Source of the DNA: an uncultured archaeon
Lineage (GTDB): Archaea; Iainarchaeota; Iainarchaeia; Iainarchaeales; DTGL01
Direction: 5' to 3'
Length of the DNA: 22,299 bases
NCBI GenBank assembly: GCA_964551725.1
Contig: CAZKED010000021.1
Coordinates: forward strand, 1-22,299
Below are positions 1-7,118 of the stretch, piece by piece. The notes beneath the pieces were generated by a model. It searched no databases, was not told the origin of the DNA, and saw nothing but the letters and a program-made list of their open reading frames with translations. The translations under genes and the position numbers were made by a program. Each line of letters opens with the position of its first letter. Position 1 is the first letter of the stretch.

Positions 1-142
1 TATTCCTTGCGCTGGCTTATTTATGGGCAAATTAAGGGAAACCGGCTGGGGGGTTAAAGAATTATTCCTGATTGTTCCAGTGTTTGCCCTTTTATTTGCC
101 CAAAAAACCCCCTCCTTTTTTTAACTATTTCACTAAAGAAAG

Positions 143-157
143 GGAAAGATTTAAATA
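143..157 (+). promoter_or_regulatory. Putative archaeal promoter (BRE-like GGAAAGA + TATA box TTTAAATA) for a probably leaderless transcript
   Basis: TTTAAATA at 150-157 is preceded by purine-rich GGAAAGA. The ATG at 181 lies about 24 nt downstream and has no SD. Confidence 0.55.
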
Positions 158-180
158 CTATTTCTGCCGTATTATTGTGT

Positions 181-1401
181 ATGAGGGGCGATATTTCTGG
201 CTTGGTTTTAGTGAGAATTATTCTGCTTACTGCTCTCTGCGGTCTTCTTTTTTCCTGCGCGGAAGCGGCTTGCAGCGAGTGCTCTTTTTCGGGCACGGAC
301 TGCTCGGAGTTATGGCTCAACGTGAACGCTGTTGAGGTTACGGCTGGAGAGAATGCCTATGGAACATTCCTCCTCCACAACTACGCCTCGGAGCGGTTTT
401 TTATTGACAGGGTGTATGCCTTTGATTCCGATTCATCAGTCTTAACGCAGGAACTCACTTACGATTCCTACGTGAAGCCCGGAGGGAGCGCGGAAATAAG
501 AGTGGAAGTCAGAGCGGAGGAGGGTGCCGAAGAAAAAATTGCAACAGGATACGTTGAATTCCGCGGACACTTTTTGAGCGGGAAGGAATGCAGTTACGCT
601 GACTCGAAGAAAAGCTTTCCCATAAAAATCTACGAGAAAAAGAAGTACTCGCGCTGCGAATCGTTCGACCTCATCGTTCCAAGCACTGTTGCGGCGGACG
701 GCGAGGAAAGGGTTGAATTTTTTGTGAGCAACCTTTCGGCGGAAACCGCAATAATAAGGCTTGACGGGGATTACTTGCAATTAAGCACTAATTACTTTTA
801 TGTCCCCAGCGGGGTTGAGGCAAAAAAGGAATTTTTGGTCAAGCCCTTGGGCGACAAGGCGTGGATTGAGTATAAGGTTGAACTAGCCGAGTGCGTTGTG
901 CCGAGCAAATTCACAAAGGTCGTGAGTTCCGGTCTGGCGGGAGAAATTACCGCAGAGCATGAAGTCGAATGGACACAGGACGCATTTGAATTGACAGTGA
1001 AAGTAAAGAACGGTTCCGGCTTCGATGAAACCGGAATGATTTCGCTGGACTTGCCGGGCGATTGGAATGTTGAAGGCGCAGGAAAAATAAGCGTGCCAGC
1101 GCACAGCGAAAAAGAATTCACAATAAATGTTTTCCCGCCCGCCGGATTTGAAAAGGAAACAGGAAAACTCACTATTGGATTGGGCGGCGAAGTAATCGGG
1201 GACGATGTGGAATTTTCCCCGCGGGAAGCGCAGGTCGGAGCGCAGGGAACGGCGTTCGCTGTGCTCAGCGGAAGCGCCCTGTTCATAGGGCTGATTGCTA
1301 TCGCGCTCGTGCTTGTTGCCCTGTTCGTTCTGCCGAGGAAATTCATTCCGAAGATTGACCCTTGGGAAAGGGGCAGAAAAGGGGAAAAAGCGGAACAATA
1401 A
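181..1401 (+). CDS. Hypothetical secreted, C-terminally membrane-anchored surface protein with about three beta-rich (Ig/NEW3-like) domains
   Basis: N-terminal hydrophobic signal (ILLTALCGLLFSCAEAA), Cys-rich N-region, beta-strand-like domains (TVKVKNGSG..LPGDWNV), C-terminal TM helix (ALFIGLIAIALVLVALFVLP) followed by a basic tail. ATG 181 preferred over GTG 175. Confidence 0.75.
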   Translation: MRGDISGLVLVRIILLTALCGLLFSCAEAACSECSFSGTDCSELWLNVNAVEVTAGENAYGTFLLHNYASERFFIDRVYAFDSDSSVLTQELTYDSYVKPGGSAEIRVEVRAEEGAEEKIATGYVEFRGHFLSGKECSYADSKKSFPIKIYEKKKYSRCESFDLIVPSTVAADGEERVEFFVSNLSAETAIIRLDGDYLQLSTNYFYVPSGVEAKKEFLVKPLGDKAWIEYKVELAECVVPSKFTKVVSSGLAGEITAEHEVEWTQDAFELTVKVKNGSGFDETGMISLDLPGDWNVEGAGKISVPAHSEKEFTINVFPPAGFEKETGKLTIGLGGEVIGDDVEFSPREAQVGAQGTAFAVLSGSALFIGLIAIALVLVALFVLPRKFIPKIDPWERGRKGEKAEQ

Positions 1402-1416
1402 CCTTTTAAAAAACTA

Positions 1417-1424
1417 TTTATAAG
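1417..1424 (+). promoter_or_regulatory. TATA-like box TTTATAAG upstream of the structured element and the r-protein operon
   Basis: AT-rich intergenic region with an A-run upstream; would place a TSS near 1446-1448. Confidence 0.4.
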
Positions 1425-1438
1425 AATTTATAGTATTG

Positions 1439-1531
1439 TTCCAATGGAGTACACTGTGCTCCGGAAAAGTGGGAATCAGTAATCCTAACAGCGGTTTCGG
1501 AGCATAAATGCTGGCATTGAATTCTTTTTTT
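1439..1531. ncRNA. Candidate structured non-coding RNA or leader: long imperfect hairpin followed by a T-tract
   Basis: 12-bp core stem 1455-1466 (TGTGCTCCGGAA) with 1495-1506 (TTCGGAGCATA region, incl. G-U pairs). Outer pairing CAATG 1442-1446 with CATTG 1515-1519. T-run at 1525-1531. Confidence 0.4.
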
Positions 1532-1533
1532 AA

Positions 1534-1548
1534 TGCTTTTTAAAAGCA
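1534..1548. promoter_or_regulatory. Palindromic TATA-like element TGCTTTT-T-AAAAGCA, probable promoter of the uL3 operon
   Basis: Perfect 7-bp inverted repeat containing TTTTAAAA, about 55 nt upstream of the uL3 start. Confidence 0.45.
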
Positions 1549-1601
1549 GAAGAAATTCATTGCCATTAGCCAAAAATCCTTTTGGCTGGCATGGTGAGCC
1601 G

Positions 1602-2642
1602 GTGACCAAGAAACACAAGCCGAGGAGCGGTTCGCTCGCGTTCTATCCGAAGAAGCGCGCTTTGGGAGAGGTCCCTCAATTCGTTTCTTTTAAGGCAGAG
1701 GATTCAGAGAATTCCGCGCCCCTGAATTTTTTCGGTTATAAAGCGGGAATGACACACGTGATTGGCACTGATAAGCACAAGAAGAGCCCGAGTTTCGGTC
1801 AAAAAGTGCAGTTTGCCGTTACGGTAATCGAGTGCCCGCCGCTAAAGGTTTTCGGAATGCGCGCTTATAAGGAAACCCCTTACGGAACAGTCTGCTTGGG
1901 GGAAAAGCACGCGGAAAACGTGTCAAAGGAACTCGGAAGAAGGGTCAAGTCTTTGGGCGGAAAAAAACCGGAAAAGAAAAAGGAAGGGCAGAAAAAAGAA
2001 AAGAGCAATAAAGGCGCTGGAAAAAAAGGGGCTTTCGATTTCGCCGGGGGAATGGAGCAGATATCGCAAATAAGGCTTTTGGCTCACACCCAGCCAAAAC
2101 TGACAGGAATAGGAAAAAAGAAGCCCGAGGTCGTGGAAATTTTCCTGAGCGGCAGCAAAGAGGAACAGCTCAAACTCGCCGAGGAAAAACTCGGTGGGGA
2201 AATCTCCGTGAAGGAGGCATTCAAGCAGCTTGATTTTCTGGACATCAAAGCCGTTTCAAAGGGGAAAGGATTCAGCGGCGTTGTGAAGAGGTTCGGTGTG
2301 AAGGACCACAGACCCAAAGCGAAAAAGAAAAGGGTTGTGGGAAGCATTGGCCCGTGGCATCCCGCCACCGTAATGTTTACAGTGGCAAGGGCAGGACAAC
2401 TGGGCTACCAGTTCAGGACGGAATTCAACAAAAAACTCCTTATTGTCGGCAGCGGGGAAAAAATGACGCCCAAGGGCGGCTTCAAGAATTACGGCGTTGT
2501 AAAGAACGATTATATTGCGGTCGAGGGCTCTGTTGCAGGACCTGTGAAAAGGTGCGTTGCGTTAAGAAAGGGGCTGAGGCCCGCGCCTTTGGAAAGGCAC
2601 AAAATTGAAGAGGTGGAATTAATTGCCTCAGAGCAAAAGTAG
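1602..2642 (+). CDS. rpl3: 50S ribosomal protein uL3
   Basis: Motifs KPRSGSLAFYPKKRA, GYKAGMTH, KGKGFSGVVKRFG, VGSIGPWHP, RAGQLGYQFRTEFNK. Start is probably GTG 1602 with SD GGTGA at 1593-1597, not ATG 1533. Confidence 0.96.
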   Translation: MTKKHKPRSGSLAFYPKKRALGEVPQFVSFKAEDSENSAPLNFFGYKAGMTHVIGTDKHKKSPSFGQKVQFAVTVIECPPLKVFGMRAYKETPYGTVCLGEKHAENVSKELGRRVKSLGGKKPEKKKEGQKKEKSNKGAGKKGAFDFAGGMEQISQIRLLAHTQPKLTGIGKKKPEVVEIFLSGSKEEQLKLAEEKLGGEISVKEAFKQLDFLDIKAVSKGKGFSGVVKRFGVKDHRPKAKKKRVVGSIGPWHPATVMFTVARAGQLGYQFRTEFNKKLLIVGSGEKMTPKGGFKNYGVVKNDYIAVEGSVAGPVKRCVALRKGLRPAPLERHKIEEVELIASEQK

Positions 2643-3438
2643 GAGCGTTGCGGTCTTTTCCCTTGAGGGAAAGAAACTCAGGGAAATCGCGCTGCCGGGC
2701 GCGTTTTCCTCTGAAATAGAGCCAGAACTCATAGGGCGCGCGGTGCTTTCCATACAGTCCGCAGGAAAACAGCCCCAGGGCGTGAAGCCGTTCGCCGGAA
2801 GGCAGGGAAGCGCTGAATACAGGGGGAGCAGGGAACTGCCGCACATGGAGCGCGGCATCAATGTCGGCAGGGCAAGACTGCCGAGGAAGAAGAATGCAAG
2901 GGGTATTCTCGCGGGGGATGTTGCAAAGGTTCCGCAGGCAGTCGGCGGACCAAAAGCGCACCCGCCCAAGGTTGGTTCCGCGAAAAAGGAAAAAATCAAC
3001 AGGAAAGAAAAAAAGAAAGCGCTGCAAAGCGCCATTGCTTCCTGCGCTGTCAGGGAAATGGTGGAAAAAAGGCACAGGTTTTCCGCTCAGGGTCTGCCTG
3101 TTGTTGTCGAGGATAAGCTCGAGGAACTGCAGAAAACAAGGGAAGTGGTCAACGCGTTCAGGTCACTGGGCGTGCTCGAAGACGTGGAGAATGCTAGAGC
3201 AAAAAGAAAAAGGCGCACCGGCAAGGGCAGAAAGCGCGGAAGAAAGTTCAAGAAGAAGAAAAGCGTTTTACTCGTTACTTCAAAGAAAGCCCCAGTCTTC
3301 AGGGCCGCGAGGAATCTGGAGGGCGTGGAAGTTGTTCCCCTGCGGGAACTTAATGCGGAACTCCTGGCTCCCGGGGGGGTTCCCGGGAGACTCACTGTTT
3401 GGAGCGAGAGCGCAATAAAGGGGGTTGAAGGGAAATGA
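2623..3438 (+). CDS. rpl4: 50S ribosomal protein uL4
   Basis: Motifs GRARLPR, VPQAVGGPKAHPPK, KINRKEK, NAELLAPGGVPGRLTVWSE. TTG start after SD GAGGTGG; overlaps the end of uL3. Confidence 0.95.
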   Translation: MPQSKSRSVAVFSLEGKKLREIALPGAFSSEIEPELIGRAVLSIQSAGKQPQGVKPFAGRQGSAEYRGSRELPHMERGINVGRARLPRKKNARGILAGDVAKVPQAVGGPKAHPPKVGSAKKEKINRKEKKKALQSAIASCAVREMVEKRHRFSAQGLPVVVEDKLEELQKTREVVNAFRSLGVLEDVENARAKRKRRTGKGRKRGRKFKKKKSVLLVTSKKAPVFRAARNLEGVEVVPLRELNAELLAPGGVPGRLTVWSESAIKGVEGK

Positions 3439-3749
3439 AGCAAGCGAAGGAAAGCGCAAAGGAAAAGCGGAAAAAGGGGAGAGAAAAAGCGAAGGATTAC
3501 GAGGTTGTTTTGTTCCCCCTTATAACGGAAAAGGCTGTTGATGTAATAGAGAAAGAGAACAAACTGACGTTCATTGTCAACATGAAGGCGAACAAGCGGG
3601 ACATAAAAAGGGAGATTGAAAAGGAATTCGGAGTAAAAGTCGACAGGGTGAATCTGCTCAGGGATACGAGGGGGAGGAAAAAAGCAGTGGTTAAAATAAA
3701 CAAGCAATTTAAGGCGAACGACATTGCAATGAAACTAGGAGTAATTTAA
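3435..3749 (+). CDS. rpl23: 50S ribosomal protein uL23
   Basis: PLITEKA..IEKENKLTFIV..ANKRDIK..KKAVVK..IAMKLG; ATGA overlap with uL4. Confidence 0.96.
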   Translation: MKQAKESAKEKRKKGREKAKDYEVVLFPLITEKAVDVIEKENKLTFIVNMKANKRDIKREIEKEFGVKVDRVNLLRDTRGRKKAVVKINKQFKANDIAMKLGVI

Positions 3750-3760
3750 TGGTGTGAGGA

Positions 3761-4480
3761 ATGAGTAAAAGGATTGATTCGCAGCGCAGGGGAAAAGGCG
3801 GTCCTGCATTCAGGGCAAGGAAGAGAGGAAAGGAATCCAGGTATATTTCAATAGAGGAATCAAAGGGAAAGCTCCTCAGGGGGCAGGTGGTTGACCTGCT
3901 CAAGGAACCGGGCAGGAATACGATAATTGCAAAAATCTCTCTCGGGGAAGGAAAGGAATTCTTCACCATTGCGCCTGAGGGGCTGTTCATAGGATCGGAG
4001 ATAGAAATGGGGGAAAAGGCGGGAATTGAAACAGGCAACATTCTCCCGCTGAAGAGCATTCCCGAAGGATGCCCTGTATTCAACATTGAACTGAAGCCGG
4101 GAGACGGAGGCGCTATTGCGCGCTCTACCGGCATATTTGCCCTCGTGGTCTCGAAGGACAGCGAGAACGCGCTCATAAAACTCCCGTCGGGGAAAACAAA
4201 ATCGCTGCCGATTGAATCAAGGGCGACCGTGGGCTGCGCCAGCGGCGGCGAGAGAAAGGAAAAACCGTTCGTCAAAGCGGGAAAGAAGTTAATGCAAATG
4301 AAGGCAAAGGGAGGAAGGCTTTTCCCTGTCACGAGAGGGGTTGCAAAAAACGCCAGCTCTCATCCCTTCGGCGGAGAACAGCATCATGCTGGGAAAAGCA
4401 AGAGCGTTTCAAGGCATGCTCCTCCCGGCAGAAAGGTCGGACAGATTGCCTCGAAAAGAACTGGAAGGAAGAAAAGGTGA
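3761..4480 (+). CDS. rpl2: 50S ribosomal protein uL2
   Basis: QRRGKG, NIELKPGDGG, KPFVKAG, TRGVAKN..HPFGG, APPGRKVG. Confidence 0.97.
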   Translation: MSKRIDSQRRGKGGPAFRARKRGKESRYISIEESKGKLLRGQVVDLLKEPGRNTIIAKISLGEGKEFFTIAPEGLFIGSEIEMGEKAGIETGNILPLKSIPEGCPVFNIELKPGDGGAIARSTGIFALVVSKDSENALIKLPSGKTKSLPIESRATVGCASGGERKEKPFVKAGKKLMQMKAKGGRLFPVTRGVAKNASSHPFGGEQHHAGKSKSVSRHAPPGRKVGQIASKRTGRKKR

Positions 4481-4485
4481 AGTGA

Positions 4486-4890
4486 ATGGCTCTGAAGGAA
4501 TTCACATTTCGCGGAAAAAGAATGGAAGAACTCGAAAAAATGTCCATTGACGAGTTTGCCCAGCTGCTGAACGCGAGGGGGCGGCGCTCCCTGAAAAGAG
4601 GCGTTGACAGCAAGTTGCTCAAAAAAATAGACGAAGCGAGGAAGGAAACGGAAAAGGGGAACAGCAAAGTAATAGTGAGAACCCACCACAGGGACATGAT
4701 TGTCGTGCCAAAAATGGTTGGATTGAAATTCGGCATTCACTCGGGAAACGAGTTTCAGGTGGTGGAGGTAAAAAAGGAAATGCTGGGGCATTACTTGGGA
4801 GAATTCGCCCTCACGAGGAAGAAACTAAGGCACGGAAAGGCGGGAATAGGCGCAACAAAATCCAGTACTGCGATTACTGCGAGAGGATAA
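4486..4890 (+). CDS. rps19: 30S ribosomal protein uS19
   Basis: FTFRGK..EEL, RTHHRDMIVVP, MLGHYLGEFALTRK..HGKAGIGAT. Confidence 0.97.
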   Translation: MALKEFTFRGKRMEELEKMSIDEFAQLLNARGRRSLKRGVDSKLLKKIDEARKETEKGNSKVIVRTHHRDMIVVPKMVGLKFGIHSGNEFQVVEVKKEMLGHYLGEFALTRKKLRHGKAGIGATKSSTAITARG

Positions 4891-4892
4891 AA

Positions 4893-5363
4893 ATGGTGAA
4901 AAAGGAATACCAGCTGAAGGTAAAGGACGAAAAGCACTGCGCAAAAGCAGTGATCAAAAACCGCAGGGTGAGCACCAAGTACGCGGTTGAAATAGCCAAT
5001 GTAATAAAGGGCAAGCCCGCTGGAAAGGCACTGGCGTTCCTCGAAAGGGTCGCAGAGAAAAAGGAATACCTGCCTTTGAGGAAATACAACAAAAAAGTGG
5101 CTCACAGGAAAGGCAGGGCAGTTGACGGCTGCAAAGCCGGCAGGTATCCCGTGAAAGCATGCAATGCGTTCATTGAATTGCTGAATTACGCTGTTGCAAA
5201 CGCGGAAAACAAGGGCTTGGACACGGAAAAACTCATTGTGAGGCATGCCTTTGCGAGCCAAGGCTTCAGGAGACTTTCCCACCAGTCAAAGGGAAGGATT
5301 GCCGGAAAGAGAAGGGAACGAAAAGGAACGCACATCGAGGTAATACTCCAAGAGGCGAAGTGA
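4893..5363 (+). CDS. rpl22: 50S ribosomal protein uL22
   Basis: VSTKYAVEI, KVAHRKG, GRYPVKA, NAENKGLD, THIEVIL. Confidence 0.96.
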   Translation: MVKKEYQLKVKDEKHCAKAVIKNRRVSTKYAVEIANVIKGKPAGKALAFLERVAEKKEYLPLRKYNKKVAHRKGRAVDGCKAGRYPVKACNAFIELLNYAVANAENKGLDTEKLIVRHAFASQGFRRLSHQSKGRIAGKRRERKGTHIEVILQEAK

Positions 5364-5364
5364 A

Positions 5365-6261
5365 ATGATTGAAAGAACGTTTATACAGCAGAATATAAAG
5401 AAAATAAATATTGAGAACTTTTTGCACAAGCACTTGGAGAAAGCCGGGTTTACAGGTTTAAAAATGAGCAAGACTCCGCTAGTGACAAGAATTGTGCTCC
5501 ATGTCACAAGACCCGGGCTGGCAATAGGGAAGAAGGGGAAGAACATACGCATGCTCACCAAGGAACTTGAAGAAAAATTCGGAATAGAAAACCCGCAGAT
5601 TGAAATCCAGGAGATCTCCCAGCCCGAACTGAACGCAAAAGCCATGGTTGACAAAATGACCTCGCTTCTTGAACGCGGCTATTCTTGGAGGAGCGTCGCA
5701 TACCGCACTGTCGAAGACGTAATGAATGCCGGAGCGCAGGGCGTGGAACTTTTGCTCAAGGGAAAGCTTGCAGGAAAAGGCGGAAGGAAGAGAAAGGAAA
5801 GAATCGCTGTAGGGTACATGAAAAAAGCCGGCGCGCTTTCCGAATTGGTGGAATACGCCAAAGGCGATGCATACCCCAAAGCCGGAGCAATAGGGGTGAA
5901 GCTCAGGATAATAAAGCCCGACATTGTTTTCCCCGACAAAGTGGATGTTTCAAGGATAGGCGAGGAAGAAAAGAGCGAGGAGAAGCCGGAAGAGGAGGGT
6001 GAGAAAGCGGCTGAAACAGAGGAAAAAGAGGGAAAGGAAACCGGGGAAAAAACCGAGGGAAAAACAGGGAAGAAAAAAGAGGAAAAAAAGAAAGAGAAGA
6101 AGGAAACCAAAACCAAAGAAGAGGGAAAGAAAGGAAAGAAGAGGGGAGAACCGGAGAAAAAGGAAGTGAAAGGAAAGGCGGAAAAACCGGCAGGGAAGAA
6201 AGGGGAAAAGAAAAAAAAGAAAAAGCCCGCTGAGAAGAAGGACGAAAAGGTGAAAAAATGA
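5365..6261 (+). CDS. rps3: 30S ribosomal protein uS3 with a Lys/Glu-rich C-terminal tail of about 100 aa
   Basis: KTPLVTRI..RPGLAIGKKGKNI, NPQIEI..PELNA, AGAQGVE..GKL, GAIGVKLRI. Confidence 0.96.
   Translation: MIERTFIQQNIKKINIENFLHKHLEKAGFTGLKMSKTPLVTRIVLHVTRPGLAIGKKGKNIRMLTKELEEKFGIENPQIEIQEISQPELNAKAMVDKMTSLLERGYSWRSVAYRTVEDVMNAGAQGVELLLKGKLAGKGGRKRKERIAVGYMKKAGALSELVEYAKGDAYPKAGAIGVKLRIIKPDIVFPDKVDVSRIGEEEKSEEKPEEEGEKAAETEEKEGKETGEKTEGKTGKKKEEKKKEKKETKTKEEGKKGKKRGEPEKKEVKGKAEKPAGKKGEKKKKKKPAEKKDEKVKK
6130..6192 (+). repeat. Direct repeat, copy 1 (63 nt, encodes KGKKRGEPEKKEVKGKAEKPA), in the uS3 tail
   Basis: 58/63 identical to 10650-10712; 38 nt contiguous identity (6151-6188 vs 10671-10708). 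Confidence 0.9.
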
Positions 6262-6497
6262 AAATGGGCGAAATAAGAGACATGAGCGAAAAGGAACTGG
6301 GGGAAAAGCTTGCCGAGGCAAGAAAGGAACTCAGAAAGGAACGCTCCATTATTGCTTCCGGCACGCGCCCCGACAACCCCTGCAAAATTCGCAGCATAAG
6401 AAAGAATATTGCGAGGATGCTTACAGTGCTCGGGGAAAAAGAACTTACGGAAAAAGAAAATAAAGAGAAAAAGGAGAAAGAGGTGATTAAGGAATAA
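6258..6497 (+). CDS. rpl29: 50S ribosomal protein uL29
   Basis: EIRDMSEKEL..KL.E.RKEL, DNPCKIRSIRKNIARMLTV. Confidence 0.95.
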   Translation: MKMGEIRDMSEKELGEKLAEARKELRKERSIIASGTRPDNPCKIRSIRKNIARMLTVLGEKELTEKENKEKKEKEVIKE

Positions 6498-6799
6498 TGC
6501 CTGGAGTGTGTCCTGTCTGCGGTCAGCCCAAAGAACTGTGCGTCTGCGGAGAGATTGCAAAGGAATCCCAAAGGGTCAAAATAAGGACTGTGCAGCGCAG
6601 GTTTGGGAAAACCGTTACAACCATAAGCGGTTTCAACAGCGACATCAACATAGTGGGATTGGGCAAGGAATTGAAGAAAAAGCTTGCCTGCGGCGGCACG
6701 GTGAAAAACGGCGTGATTGAACTGCAGGGCGACCACAGACAGAAAGCAAAGGAAATACTCCTGCAAGAGGGCTTCTCTGAAGGACAGATTGAAGCCTGA
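6497..6799 (+). CDS. sui1: Translation initiation factor aIF1 (SUI1 family)
   Basis: CPVCGQPKELCVC, RRFGKTVTTISG, LKKKLACGGTVK..IELQGDH. Confidence 0.95.
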   Translation: MPGVCPVCGQPKELCVCGEIAKESQRVKIRTVQRRFGKTVTTISGFNSDINIVGLGKELKKKLACGGTVKNGVIELQGDHRQKAKEILLQEGFSEGQIEA

Positions 6800-6821
6800 A
6801 AGCACTTTGGAGGTTTTTTCA

Positions 6822-7118
6822 ATGGATTGCAGGTATTGCATTACAAGCAAGAATGTGCTTGTACACGAACTCATAGGGCTGAATGCAAAAGTGATTGAAA
6901 GCACAGAGAAAGGCAGGATTGGAATGAACGGAAGAATTGTCGACGAAACAATGCACACTCTGAGTATTGATACGGCAAAGGGAGAAAAAATCATCCCCAA
7001 AAGAGAAGTGGTGCTCGAAGTGGAGCTTCCCGGCGGAGGAAAAGCCCTGGTGGACGGAAAAAAAATTGAGAAAAGACCCGAGGAGAGGACAAAGGAACTG
7101 TGGAGGAAAAGGCTATGA
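6822..7118 (+). CDS. rnp1: Ribonuclease P protein subunit Rpp29/Pop4
   Basis: HELIGL, G.IVDET..TL, IPK, VDGKKI.KRPEER. ATG 6822 after SD GGAGGT; conserved position between sui1 and rps17. Confidence 0.92.
   Translation: MDCRYCITSKNVLVHELIGLNAKVIESTEKGRIGMNGRIVDETMHTLSIDTAKGEKIIPKREVVLEVELPGGGKALVDGKKIEKRPEERTKELWRKRL

Noticed and set aside
1-123. 3' end of an upstream CDS or of RNase P RNA (GGCTTA at 14-19)
   Set aside because: All three + frames are briefly open, so no frame can be chosen. The conserved ACAGAA element that precedes GGCUUA in RNase P RNA is absent.
1533-1601. 23-aa N-terminal extension of uL3 from ATG 1533
   Set aside because: It overlaps the TATA-like palindrome and leader hairpin. 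uL3 homology starts at about 1602, where a GTG has a good SD.
6717-6821. Upstream ORF-track extensions of Rpp29 (likewise eL19 from 11084, uS17 from 7100, uL24 from 7816, RpoN from 20535)
   Set aside because: They overlap the preceding gene or its SD. Downstream ATGs fit the SD spacing and the family N-termini better.
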